DNA from: Torpedo marmorata
Taxonomy: Eukaryota
DNA: 64,000 nucleotides
Direction: 5' to 3'
Assembly: GCA_977017645.1 (NCBI GenBank)
Contig: OZ360238.1
Span: forward strand, 39,308,001 to 39,372,000
In this document: positions 50,188 through 62,800 of the stretch, piece after piece
Numbering within the stretch: position 1 is the first letter of the stretch
How the letters are laid out: every line of letters begins with the position of its first letter
Program-made: the position numbers and the translations under genes
Notes under the pieces: generated by a model
The model's database searches: none
Told to the model about the DNA's origin: nothing
Seen by the model: only the letters and a program-made list of their open reading frames with translations

Positions 50188-50408
50188 CACGAAAGTCTGC
50201 AGACACTGTGATTGTAGTAAAAACACTCCGAAATGCTGGAGGAACTCAGTCGGTCTTTCAGCGTCCATAGGAGGCAAAGATATATTGCTGACGTTTCAGG
50301 CCTGAGCCCTTCTTCAAGGAATATTCTTAAACGTCGGCAATATATCTTTGTCTCCTATGGACGCTGAAAGACCGACTGAGTTCCTCCAGCATTTCGGAGT
50401 GTTTTTAC
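50188..50408. mobile_element. Penelope-derived fold-back element within a CR1 remnant
   Basis: 80-bp inverted arms at 50217-50296 and 50329-50408 with two mismatches; PLE end sequence. Confidence 0.85.
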
Positions 50409-50849
50409 ATGATAGGAAAGGTCCAGCGGAATATGGAGCCAAGGGTAGGCAAGTGGGACAAGCACAGATGGATACCTTGGTCATCGTGGATCAGTTTGGC
50501 CAAAGGGTCTATTCCTGTGCTGTATAATATATTAAATAACAGTTTCTGAAAATAGACTAAAAAGTTTGTATTCCTCGGAAACTAGAATAATGAATCTTAC
50601 AAGATAACTCCTGGAAAACTGTTTTAGCCTTTCCCAGAAGCTGGTGTTACCAAAAGACGCCATTCAACCTGAGATGACAAGAAAGGTCTTGACTTGTTTG
50701 TGATATTGGAGTTCTCTGTCGCAGAGGGTTGTGGGCGGCTCAGCCGCTGTCAGAGATTAGTTAACATTTGGGGACCAAGAAAAATTAAGGAATGTGAGTG
50801 GCGATAAAGTGGGGTGAAGTAGCAGATGAGTCAGTACCTCGCTAAAACT

Positions 50850-51165
50850 CCCACTGTCTCGGAAAAGCAGCCAACATCCCATCCTGACCACACTCGATTC
50901 ACCTCCTCGCCGCACACCCCCAATCAGGAAGAAGATTCGCAAGTGTGAGACCACTTTCAAGGACAGTTTCTTTCCCGCCATGATCAGGCTCCTGAATGAA
51001 CGCCAAAATAGTAAAATTATGTTGCCTTTGCTCCGTGCTGACTGATCTCTCTCCATAACTCTGCACTTTTGTACTGTTCCTTACTTGTATTCTGCATGAA
51101 GATGTCTACTGGTCTGCTGGCAAAACTATCACTGCATTTTCGATACATGTGTCAATAAGCGAACA
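50850..51165 (+). mobile_element. Old Rex1-like 3' end
   Basis: ttcaaggacagtttctttcccgcc..atcaggctcctgaat; tail acatgtgtcaataa. Confidence 0.65.
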
Positions 51166-51894
51166 GTGGAGCAGACTTGATGGGCTGAATATCCTGTACC
51201 TGCTGCTATTTTGTATGTTCTTGTATTTTGATTCTCTGCTTCCTTTTCACCATTACAGCTTACCTTTGCACCTGGCCTTTAACCAACTAGTACTGCCCTC
51301 TGTCTCCATCCCCCTGACTTGCAGTTGATCCACAATATTACTGTATACCAGTGCCTCCCACATTGCAAGCTGACACACGAATACCAAGATACAAAACACA
51401 CGTACACTGTGACATAAACTTATCCAAAAACTACTTTTGCTGGAAAAACATAAATAACTGTTCAGGCTACGAGGAGGCGGTGGTTCTCTTGGGCAGGGCA
51501 GGTGTTGTAAATCCACTCGTTTTATGGAAAAGTGATTTCAGCATTTGTAATAGTGAATTCCTTCAGCTTTGAGTGGAGGGGTCACTAAAGGTTAATAGAA
51601 GAAGTTATTAACTAGAAAAAAAAGCTTAAGTCGGGCGTGTGGCAAATCTAATGAAACCGTGCACATGCCAGCCCCTGGTGCTGAACCAGCCCTGAGCTGC
51701 TTAGCATGAACAATGCAGGATGATCTCAACATTAATTCAACTGCATTTCACAGCCCTTCTTCACAGATCAGCTGAATACAGATCATCGATTAGATGAATG
51801 GCTGCCTGTGACACAATGGTTCATTTCAGTTCTGTGAATAATGAACTGGGAAATGGAGGAAGGGGAGGAGGAGTTACTGATTACCCTGTTGACC

Positions 51895-53113
51895 AGTGAG
51901 GGGCTCAGCTGGAGAAGGACCCACACAGGCTGCAGGCTGCTGGCGACTTGCAGTCAAAGGACCCACACAGGCTATGGGCTGCTGGAGACAGGCTCATGGG
52001 AACCAGGTATTGGAACTGGGATTCGAGAGGGTTCTGAGGGATAGATTTCCCGAAGGGCCTTGAGCACTGAAGGCTTCCTCATTGTATCGGAGGTTTGGAT
52101 CTGGAGCTCTGGTTGCTGATGGATTGAACTGGATTCTGTGCAAAGGCTGCGGGAGCACTGGAGACTAATCCACAGACACTCAGTGACTCTGAAGGGACTA
52201 TTTTTTGCTTCTCTTTCTCCTAATGTAAGGGGCACTGGGCAATGCCTACGGTGACTACTTGTTTGCCTTATGGCAGACAAAAGTTAAATCAAATCATGTC
52301 AAGTCAAATTTATTGTCATCTGATTGCACAAGTACAACCCGACAAAACAGTTTTCTCCAGTCCTCGGTGTAAACCTCGCAGATACACAACCAGACATAAC
52401 CCACATGCACACAGACAAACAATACATATGCAGGACAAGTATTCAAATATACAAATAAATAAATAAATATTGCTTTGTGAATACAAGTCTCGGATAGTTA
52501 GAATGAGCAGTTCCTCTGGTCATTCAGCATTCTCACTGTCTGTGGGAAGAAGCTGTTCCTCAGCCTGGTGGTACTGGCTCTGATACTCCTGTATCTCTTT
52601 CACGACAGGAGCAGCTGAAAGATGCTGTGTGCGGGGTGGAAGGGGTCCTCAATGATTTTGAGCGCCCTCTTCAGACAGCGATCTCGGTAGATCATGTCGA
52701 TTGACAGGGGGTGAGGGGGGGGGGGATGGGAGACTCCTGTAATCCTCTCTGCCACGCTTATGGTCCTGTGGATTGACCTTCAATTCATTTATCTGCAGCA
52801 ACCATACCACACTGTGATGCAGCTGGCCAGGACACTCTCGATATAGCTCCTGTAGAAGGTTGACATGATGGTGGCCAGTAGCCTTGCCCGCTTCAGTTTT
52901 CTCAGGAAGTGCAATCGCTGTTGCACTTTCCAGACAAGTGAGGAGATGTGTGTCCATGATAGGTCACTAGTTAAGTGAACTCCAAGGAACTTGATGCTCT
53001 CTACTCTCTCCACTACAGAGTTGTTGATGTGTAGTGGAAGGTGGTTGTTCCTGGTCCTCAGTCTATCATGTATATTACATTTTTAATGTATTATTACATG
53101 ACAATAAAAGGAA
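51895..53113 (+). mobile_element. Family X, 5'-truncated, with its tail split by a Rex1 family B insertion
   Basis: Body at 51895-52285; the tail resumes near 53062 (tatcatgtatattacatttttaatgtattattacatgacaataaaaggaac). Confidence 0.8.
52286..53059 (-). mobile_element. Rex1-like LINE family B, 3' fragment
   Basis: Peptide VERVESIKFLGVHLTSDLSWTH...; homologous to 22205-22907. Confidence 0.88.
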
Positions 53114-53637
53114 CTCCATCATGGTAGATGGTGGTGGTGGGGGGTTTGTTGACAGGTTAGCAGGAAGTCTTTGATATGGCACTGTCACTGAGAGATTCTT
53201 TACGACCTCCCCCAGCCAGCAGGGACCTGCAATAATGTTGGGACCAGCTGCTTTCTGCGTTCTCGGTGGGGCTGGACTCTCCCCCATGGGAAAGAACACT
53301 CCTCAGTGCCCTCCCGTGTATGTCCTACCTGTTATTCCTCCCAAAGTGCAACACCTCACACTTGTCCACATCAAATTCAATCTGCCATCCTCAAAGATCT
53401 TATATAAATGCAGGACTTTCTTACCATATTTTAAAATAAAACCATGCACCTTCTAGAAGGAAAGAAAATCCAGAAATACAGAGCCTGTGATAAAAATATA
53501 TAGCATGGTCCCTCCCTCAAGTACAGCTTCAGAAGCTTGAGTGAAGGATCACTTCTATTGCACATTGGTTTTCCAGTTAGCTCCACGCTTTCAAATACAT
53601 ATCATTTCACAGGAACAGGAAGCTAAGTGCCACTTAC

Positions 53638-53930
53638 CACAGTGGTTTGTATATCCCACCATTGGTGCCACGATGCTACAGGCATCGTGTCCAAGGGAGT
53701 TCTCTTGCTTGTCAATGTTTATTTCCACAGCCCATAATTTCCTGACACTCCTCGCCAGGTTTACCAGTGAGAATAAGTCTCCTCTTGTCTCCCTGTAATT
53801 CTCTCTCTCCCACTCCAAGACGGACAGGACTAATGCTCTGTATCCTTGGAGTAGGACGTGCGCGGACTTGTGTACGCGCAAGTACAACTCCCGGGCAGTG
53901 GCGGAGATTGTTTTGTAGACGCGTCACTGA
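53638..53930 (-). promoter_or_regulatory. Candidate GSE1 alternative promoter and first exon
   Basis: Non-repeat CpG cluster, ZNF143/THAP11-like AGTACAACTCCC (53881-53892), and ATG GTG GGA TAT ACA AAC CAC TGT G|gtaagt with a phase-1 donor. Confidence 0.35.
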
Positions 53931-54511
53931 GGATAATTTTTAAAGAACACAGAACCCATTGTTCAATCATCTGCTCACTGAGTCCACAAAACTTGTTGTT
54001 AATAAATTACCTCCATTGTTTTCAACAAAGTTTAATTTATTTTTCTCTTTTCGCTGCATAGAAAACTTGGCTGCAACTCAGTCATCACTTGCAGCAACAG
54101 GAGCTATGCTATGGGGATGTACATCTTCCATATGTTCTCTTGGTGTAGACACCAAGATACCACCTTCCAAGTAAATTCCCATGAAGCAGTGAGGATGGTG
54201 GGCAAATTGGAAGGGACGTTGGGGAATGGGGCACACTGGAGGTGAAAGATTCAGTCTTTGATCTAGGCCCACTTGGGCTTGTTGAGCAGAACGTCAGAAA
54301 AGTTCAGGGACATAAATCTCCTCAATCTCATCCCTTGCCCTGTGCTAACTGAAGACAACAGGAGAACCAATGAGCTAATCGACCCAGCTGTGAGTGCTTG
54401 CTGTCAAATCCAAAGAGTTGTTTTGAATTGTGAAGGGCTTCAATAGAATTCACATTCATCATAGTGTTAAGATGGTGAACGGATCTACCAGTGGATTCAG
54501 CAGAGTCAAAG

Positions 54512-54533
54512 AACAGAGAGAGAGAGGGGGGAT

Positions 54534-54576
<43 letters not shown>

Positions 54577-54832
54577 GAATAATGGGAGAGGGGAGGGGAG
54601 AGAGAGGGGGATAGAGGGAGAGAGAGAGGGAGAAAGTGAGGGAGGGAGGAGGGAGAGATAGAGGGAGAAAGAAAGGGAGAGAGAGAGGATAGAGATAGAG
54701 AGGGAGAGAGAGAGAGGATAGAGAGACAGAGGGAGGATAGAGAGATAGAAAGAGAGAGGGAGAGGGGGAGGGGGCAGAAGAGGGGACAGGGAAGGAGAGG
54801 GGGACCCGGAGGAGAGAGGGGCAGAGAGAGAA
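54512..54832. repeat. (GA)n / polypurine tract, about 320 bp
   Basis: Read directly. Confidence 0.95.
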
Positions 54833-54844
54833 ATCCAAACCTCA

Positions 54845-55100
54845 ATTTATGCCTGTGCAGACTTTGCATTTCCTCTCTATGACGGTTTCCTGTGGTTGCT
54901 CCAGTTTCTTCCCATTTCCCAAAATAATGTGTGGGGTTGGCCAGATAACTTGCTGCTGAAAATTGCCCCTAGTGTGCAGGTTGTGGTAGAATCTGCAGGG
55001 TGAATACAGAGCGGGATTGCTGTAGGATTGGTACGAGAGAGTGATTGATAGACGGCATAGATTTACTGGTCCAAAGGGCCTGCTCCACTGCTGATTTACT
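54845..55100 (+). mobile_element. Diverged V-SINE
   Basis: tttgcatttcctctctatgac..ggtttcctgtggttgctccagtttcttcccatt. Confidence 0.6.
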
Positions 55101-55599
55101 TCATGATTCAGAGTCAGATCTACATTGTCCAAATGGGTAGGGGTACCAAGAGATATGGGGGGGGGGGGGGGGGGTTGGAAAGAGTTTCATAGAAGCTGAA
55201 GCCCAAAATGGCCATGGTCAAACTGAATGGCAGAACAGGCTTAAAGAACTGAGTGCCTTTACACATCCACACATTGTCATTGTCAACTCATTGACCTGGT
55301 AATACTCCAAATGATGTACAATTGCTGCATGAGGCAGCATTGCCAACCAGAAATCCCTCTCTGTGTAGTCGCAATGTTGCAAGGATGCAGAGAGTCACTC
55401 ACATATCACTTTACACATTGTCATTGGGTCAATAGAGCTCCTGATGTAGCCCAGCAGTTTACACAAGATGTATCTTTTCTTGGTTACCTGGAGCTCAACC
55501 AAATTGTGATGATACTCCATGAGGTTTGGCTTCAAAGAGCTTTCCCACCAAAGGTCAAGGCTAATTCCAGCACCCCAGGTAAGGGCTTTTCTTGCAGTG

Positions 55600-55830
55600 C
55601 ATATCTAGTTCAAGTCTTCACCCCTTGTTCTGTACAGTGACTTGAGCACAAACATCTGAACAACACATTCTTGTGCTTTATTGAGGGAGTCTGAGGTGCC
55701 TTGTTTTTGATGAGATGTCAAACTAAGGACTGTGTTCTCCCTCAGGTGGATATGAAAATCTCATAGAACCATTTCGAAGAAGAGTAGGCTGAGTTCTTGT
55801 TAGGTTTCCTTAACATCACAAAACAAATTG
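55600..55830 (+). mobile_element. Deu-domain SINE remnant
   Basis: gacttgagcacaaa...tgagggagt...gatgagatgtcaaactaagg...ctcaggtggatatgaaaatc...atttcgaagaagag. Confidence 0.65.
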
Positions 55831-57384
55831 AGGAAGTGAAAAAAATCTGCATCAATCAAAATACAACAGATCAGAATGATTTACAAGGATGACCTCAAAA
55901 TCAGAGCGATGAGAAAAGGTTGTGTATTTAATGATACTAAATTCTCAAAGTCCTAAGTGTTGGTTTGAGGATTTGTATGATGGCATTTGATCAGTCAATG
56001 ATTTTTGATGTAGTCCCAGCAATTACTTCTATCCCAAGAGCAGATTGACTTGTTGTCCCTCATATGTTGGATTCTAACAAGGCAGCAACGCACTCCATCC
56101 TTGGCCATCCATTTCAGAGCGACTCGCGGACTAATGGAGGCCTCAGAGGATTCCAGGGTCTGGAGTTAATAAAGGAGTTTCAGTGTCAGCCTTTGAGTGG
56201 AGAGAAGGAAAAGAATGAAAAGATGGAAAGTTGAGAAGAGGGAGAGAAAGGGAGAAAGAGGATCAATGAGAATACAGGAGGAGAAGGAAAGAGGCAACCT
56301 GAAAGGAGACATTGACGAAAATGAAAGGGAAAGTCAGAGAAGTGAGAAGGGGAGAGGAACAAACAGTAGGAAGAGAGGGGGGTTGGGGCATCCTGTAACA
56401 ATGCTCCATTACTTTAAGTATCACTTTAAGACCTGCACATTTGCAAAATTCAGGACTTGATTTGCACAAGTAGTCATGGGTAGTTCTCCTAATTGGCCTC
56501 TCACCATTCTGCGCTCAAAGTTTATCAGTCAAATAAAACCATTATGACAGCCTGATAAATGTATCAAATGTACAATAAACATCTCTGCTGAGAACGGAGG
56601 TAGGTCAGACCCAAATTCAGATTTTGCGTCACAGCAATCACTCTGGAGAGTGAGCTGCTGTTGTGTATAGAAGAGGAAGGTTCTGTGAGGGTTCAGAGGG
56701 TTGCAATGGGCGAGCCAGCAGGAGCTAGGTGTGGTGGGGAGAAGGGAGTCCAAGGGACTAGAAGGAGTTGGGCTTTTATTTATCTTCTTTTAAACCAACA
56801 AGCAAAATTTACTTAACACAAATATAGGAGATTTACTTTCAATGTTTGTCGACCGGCTTAATTTATTAGTAGTTTTGGAAAGGAAGTGGGGAGGTGTGGT
56901 TAGAAGTGGTGGGGAGGTGTGGTAGGAGGGGGAAGGAGCAAGCTCAGGCAAAAGCAATCCAATCCTTTCCAAAGGCCACACATGCCTCCCTGTAGGTGGT
57001 CGTTACATGATGATCAGGAGCTGTAGCTGTGAGCAGCCTGGTTGTAACTTTCTCCTCACCGATGCAATTGAACTGCCCCATTCCTTCTTGAAAGGGAAAA
57101 GGTGATCAAGGTGAACAATGGGAGATGCCCCAAAGAGCCAGACCTCAATTCCCAAACTTGTACATATATTTCAAAATGTACTCCAGAGGGAAAGAGAGTA
57201 TTTTGCTGGTCATCCTACCCTTCCACTGATAGTGAGACCAGGATCTCAACACGCACTCTATCTGATAGAGAGCCAAGTGCAAGACCCAAAATGATTACTG
57301 TCTTTGCCAACATAACAAAAACTGCAGCAACTCACTGTTGCAGGCATTTCTGAGCATTTTAACCAATGCAAGTAAACAGTTCCA

Positions 57385-57642
57385 CACGGCAGGGTTAGCG
57401 TAACGGTTGGTGCAACGCTGTTACAGTGCCAGCGACCGGGTTTCGAATCCGGCGCTGTCTGTAAGGAGTTTGTACATTCTCCCCGTGACTGCGTGGGTTT
57501 CCTCCGGGTGCTCCGGTTTCCTCCCACCCTTCAAATCGTACCGGGGTTGTAGGTCAATTGGATGTAATTGGGCAGAACGGGCTCTCATGGACTGGAAGGG
57601 CCTGTTACGGTTCTGTATGTCTAAATTTAAATTTAAAATAAA
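57385..57642 (+). mobile_element. V-SINE
   Basis: Consensus match. Confidence 0.9.
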
Positions 57643-57645
57643 TAT

Positions 57646-57765
57646 ACCTGACGAAGGGCCCAGGCCAGAAACATTAGTTACCCTTTACTGTGTGACTTAC
57701 TGAGTTTCTCTAGCTCTTTCTCCAGCACTCGACACCAGCATCTGTACACTTTCTTGTTTAACTCC
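57646..57765 (+). mobile_element. Penelope end with a hammerhead-like core
   Basis: CTGACGA-agggcccaggcca-GAAAC, then ctgagtttctc...ccagcatctg. Confidence 0.6.
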
Positions 57766-58320
57766 ACACAGGCTCTCAAAACTCCTCGGCCAACACCTTC
57801 ACTGGCCTCGAGACCAGACCGAGTCACTGATACATTACCAACAGGCAGCCAAGGTTCACCTTCATTGCCTTTACTTCCTGTCCTCCTCAACTCTTCCAAA
57901 CAAAATCTTTTCACTGGGTGACTGCAATTCCTCCACAGAAATAAACACCTCTCTTTGCCTACATTAGGCCATGAGCTTTTCTTTGTGCCCTTGCTCAGCA
58001 AAAACTTGCTTTAATCTTTGATTCAGGAGGTCGAACTAATGAGGTGGATGGTTCTGGGCACTTGGCTTAAGACATTGTGAAAGCTTTACAAGGGGATGGA
58101 GGGGAGAGAGAGAGAGAGAAAAAAGTCCAATATATTGGCTTCTCCTGTGTGAAATGGGGCCTTGGTAATGATCTCATCGATGAATACCTAATGTGCCAAA
58201 TCGGAAACCATTCCACAGCCCCCGGCGTCTCAGGCAAGATTCCAAAATACGGCTCTCCACAGATAAGCTGTAAGCTCCATGATCAGCCTTCCGAGGTGCA
58301 TTGTTTCGGGAGAGCGAAAC

Positions 58321-58337
58321 TGCCCAGCAGATGGCAG
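58321..58337 (+). promoter_or_regulatory. Candidate CTCF site
   Basis: TGCCCAGCAGATGGCAG fits the CCASYAGRKGGCR core and lies in unique sequence. Confidence 0.45.
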
Positions 58338-58719
58338 GTAGAACAAAGCAGCTTGCAATGGCCAAAGCAATTATTTATCTAATTATGATTTACCACTTAA
58401 CCACATGATCTTTGCAGAGTTGTGGGCAATTAAAATCAGTGTGATTATGTGGATTATGCAAATTGGGCAGAGCAGAGCAATTAAATTTTAGAGCACACAC
58501 ATGCGAGCTGTCAGCGAATGGGTCATAGAACCCAAGGGCCCCTGTGATGGCACAGGGATGGCTGACCTGCTGTAGTGAGCCACTAGCAAGGACATCAATT
58601 ATCATCCCTTCATTTTGATCCCCACTCGGCTGTCAAGTCTTTCAGTGGTGCCGCAGGGGAGTGCATCCGGAATGATAAGGAAAAGGAGAGGGGGGAGAAC
58701 GGAGAACAGGAACTGCCTG

Positions 58720-59032
58720 CACAGGCACAGACACACACACACACATGCATGAATACACACACAGATACAGATTCGTGCACACACACACACAAAGATACAC
58801 ACAGACACATGCACGCAAACACAAGCACACACAGATACACACAGACAGATAGACACACACACAGATAACATAAACACACACACGACACAAATACACACGT
58901 GCACACAAACATCCATACACATACAGACATACACACACGCAGAAACAGTTACATACATGCTCAAGCAGAACACAGACACGTGCAGTCACACAGGTACACA
59001 CATGCAGGCGCGCACACACACACACACACATG
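58720..59032. repeat. (CA)n-rich complex repeat
   Basis: Read directly. Confidence 0.9.
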
Positions 59033-61814
59033 CATTGATTTGGACAGATCCATATTATCTACCCATTGATTTACCATAGTAGTAAGTGTGAGAGGGGGGG
59101 ATGGGGAAGGGGAAAGGTCTTGCTGTCTGACGGGATACATAACAAACCTACTAGAAATCATTCTCTGTGTGTGATGCATCCATTTGGCTGACTATGAGAT
59201 TATCTGATACGGTAACCTGCGCTGCCATGGTCATTTACAGTCCAATTGACAACAAGCCTGCTGCCACAACTGATTTTCTTCCACTTGCTGTCCTCCTTTC
59301 GCTGCTTTCATTATTCGTCAAGTTTTGTTTGACAATTCCAAATACTCTTAAAATACTCCTTCTGTTTCCTGGATAGTGAAAGGGATGAGAGAAGCATTTT
59401 GCATTGAGGAGGTGCTTTGTAAATGGAGTCAATAGCTGGTCTGTAAAAAGATATTCTCACAGAGTCCTTCACATGCCTTCTACAATGAAAATCAGATCAT
59501 TGCAAATGCTTCTGTAAAATGTTCAATGAAAGTCAATGGTGCCAGATACAGGGTGCCCTTATAAAGGTTTAAACTCCAGAGCATTTTTTAACATAGTAGA
59601 TCATGTTTCTTATCTGTATCAGATGGGGTAATGTGATGAGATACCAACCCTTCACCTACGAGACTTGGTTCAGAATCAGCCTGTCCCCGATTGGCAGAGA
59701 TCTGGTGAAAGGATCGCCATGCAAGCTGCCACAATCTAAGCCCTGGTGGACGCAGACTCAACTACACAAAGCCCTTCCTGAGTCGCTCAGGCTCATTTCT
59801 TCAACGTCAAAGCCCCCACTTCAGCGACAAGTACAATAATCCATCTGGCAACCACCACTGAGGCAGAGTGTTACACTGTCCGCCCAGCCAAAAGTATAAG
59901 ACTGTGTGGTACGGCAGGTATGAATAGGATTCTTGTTGGCCTAGCCAAAATTCACCCCTCAACCATAGTTACAAAACAAGATTATTAAACCATTATGTAA
60001 AGATAAGAGGGTTATGAGTGTGAGTTGGAAAGGATTAGATTGTTGTGGAGTAGGTTTACACAGGTCGGCACCACATCGTGGGCCAAAGGACCTGTTCTGT
60101 GCTGTAGTGTTCTATGATCTATTATTGCATTGTGAAATCTTGCTCTGCACACTGGCTGCAATATGTTTTCGCACACCATGAAGACATTCTATCTGTGCAA
60201 ATCTTTCTTTCCCAGCTTATGTCTGGAGAATCTTGTACTTGGGGATCAGGGAGCCCCATTCCAATTGTTGTCCGTCCTCAAAATGTGTTTGCATGGCCAG
60301 AACGGATGTGATGCATCCCTTGGCCAGAGAGATTTCAGAAAGTCAGGACCAAAGAGGAACATCCTCACATTCTGATGTGGATATCTTGAGCTAACTTGTG
60401 TCCGCTTAAATTTATGGAGAATTGCGTTCAAATCTTCTGCCCCTCCTCACCCCACTGCGGCTCACCACATTCAATCAGTTTTCAAGGATGGCAGTGAATT
60501 CTGAGTAGGCCCAAGCTCCCGAACTGCTGGAGTTCTGGTCGCTGTTTCTGAGGCCCATCACTCATTTCCAATGGTCTAGAGACACGGCCTGTGCTCCTGC
60601 TCGGCTGCTCCTCGGAGGTATGGGCATTCCCAAAAAGAGGAACCTGCTGGAGTCTGCATCAGCAATTTTGGGAGGATCAGGAGTGGGCGGAGAGATTCTG
60701 AAAGCCACAAATTAGAGGAAAGAGCAACATTTCCTTTCCAGAATTGTGAAGTTTACACAGGAAACCATCGTCTGGTGAAATAAACAACAAACATGCCAAA
60801 GTGAGCAGGAGCAGTGGGGTGGTGAGGAAATGAAGAACACCCTTCGCTAGGCAAATACAAATGACCAAATAATACGCTTGGCCAATGGAGATAATGAAGT
60901 TTTCATGTTATTGATTGTTCTGGTGACTTGTGCCTCTTATTATCAGGATGGTATCCATTTATTTGTGCCGTTTCAGCCAGCCGAATCCTTTTCCTCTTTA
61001 AAACGATAAGCCCACAAGCACTGACTCAATCAATTCAGGCTTAATGCACTGCACGAGCCTGCAGATGGTACCAGAAGGCAGGCTGGGTTTATCTCGGAGT
61101 AAGGGATGAACACTGGCAATGCTGCAGATTTTTTGTGTGCATTTTGATTTTGCTAATAATCAGGCCATCTGTTTGCAATCGATTGCCTGCCCTGCTCTTG
61201 CGTTCAGCCATCCGGCAAGACGTCACCTGGATTTCGAGCGGATCGGTGTGGACCCATCTCCAGTGGCCAGGGTCAGAGCTCTTCCCCCCCCCCCCCCCAC
61301 TTCCCAGCATCTCCCACTCCTCCCCACCCCTGGCCAGAATCTCTCCACTTTTTAAAATTCATCTTATAGCAAGGTTACATAAAATTCAGAGGGCAGAGGG
61401 GAGGGAGAGAGGGCTGCAGTGCAGGGATGACAGCAGGCAGATTTTGCACGCTGCAGATGTGGACAAGACGTGGCACGCGTAACCATTCACTGCAGTCAAG
61501 GCATTCCTGCTCACTCATTGATCACTTGTGTAAGGAATGGGGTCTTGCGCTTCAGAACAGGCATCGAAAAGGTCCAGAAGATGGTGAGATGGAGTCCGGT
61601 GGAAAGGTGTCCCTCATCTGATGCCAGAGAGTGACCACTGCTGGCTGTCTCCAATGAAGACTGAGTTATACAGCATGGGAACAGGCCCAGGGAACCCACA
61701 CTGGCCAAAAAGCACCCATAGATGTTATTCCTACACTAATCCCATTTTATTCTCTCCACATCCCAATCACCTCCCCTCAGCTTCCACTACTCGATTGTAC
61801 AATGGGAGCAACTA

Positions 61815-62631
61815 ATTCAAGATTCCTTTATTGGAATGTAATAGCACAGAACATGTAATATTACACAAAATTGCCTTCTGCCTGCCATAAGGTAGGCGAA
61901 GAGTCACCATTAGTGTTGCCCGGTTCCAGGAAGAGAGAAAGAGAAGCAAAAGTGTCACTGAGTTTTCGTGGATTCGCCTCCAGTGCTCCCGCAGTCTCTG
62001 CAGCTGCACAGACTCTTGTTCGATCCATTGGCAACCTGAGATCCAGATCCAGACCTCCTTCACCAGTGGTTTACAACCTTTTCTTTCCACTCACATAATA
62101 CCACCTTAAGTAATCCCTTACTAACCACAGACCACCTATGGCATACCGGTTCTGATACCTAGTTCCCATGAGCCAGTCTCCAGCAGCCCGCAGCCCACGT
62201 GGGTTCCCCGACCGCTAGTCGCCCACAGCCTGTGTGGGTCCCTCCGCTGCTGAGCCCCTCGCTGGTCTCCCACCCTGGTCACCATCCTGTAGGGTCTTCT
62301 CCTTCTCAACGGTGGGGTGGGTGGGGGAGGAGGGGGGTATTCTCCCCGTTTCTGGTGCCCTGCGCCAATCCACTGTTCCCCCGGAGTCTGCAACCCCTTG
62401 TGGCCGCTGATGAGCCCAGGTGCCACCATCTTGGGCACAGACCTGTGGTTGCAGGATTTTACTTACAAACACCGTCAGCTCCTCTAACTGTCAGCCTGTA
62501 CGGAGCCATCGGCATTAGGACCAGGTGGTTGAACCCTCCGGAGCAGCGCTGTGTCCCCACTCCCCACTCTCTCGGGTCCACACCGGCGACAGTGCTGCTG
62601 TTACAGCAGCTCCGGCGATGCCGCCATTTTT
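61815..62631 (-). mobile_element. Family X, apparently full length, with a hAT half-MITE inside
   Basis: Begins AAAAATGGCGGC on the minus strand; colinear with 38681-39491; tail caataaaggaatcttgaa. Confidence 0.8.
62064..62144 (+). mobile_element. Partial copy of the hAT MITE unit seen at 12583-12714
   Basis: cagtggtttacaacctttttctttccactcacat..accaccttaagtaatcccttactaa..cacctatggcata. Confidence 0.8.
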
Positions 62632-62659
62632 ATAGTTGTTAATAAATGTCAACCTGTTC

Positions 62660-62800
62660 ATCTTTAGGGCATGGGAGGAAACTGAAGCATCCAGAGGACG
62701 TCCATGTGGTCACAGGGAGAACGTGAAAACTCTGCGTGGACAGCACTGGAGGTCAGGGACAAGGTAACACGTTGGACCTGTGTATTAACGACACCACAGT
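62660..62800 (-). mobile_element. Diverged V-SINE; a possible 3' part lies at 61665-61812 on the other side of family X
   Basis: gggaggaaactgaagcatccagagga..ggtcacagggagaacgtgaaaactc. Confidence 0.65.

Noticed and set aside
51651-51666. 16-bp identity (atgaaaccgtgcacat) with the MITE spacer at 12541
   Set aside because: The match does not extend on either side; treated as chance.
58602-58613. ATG AAG GGA resembling the human GSE1 start MKG
   Set aside because: Followed immediately by TGA, with no splice donor after ATGAAGG.
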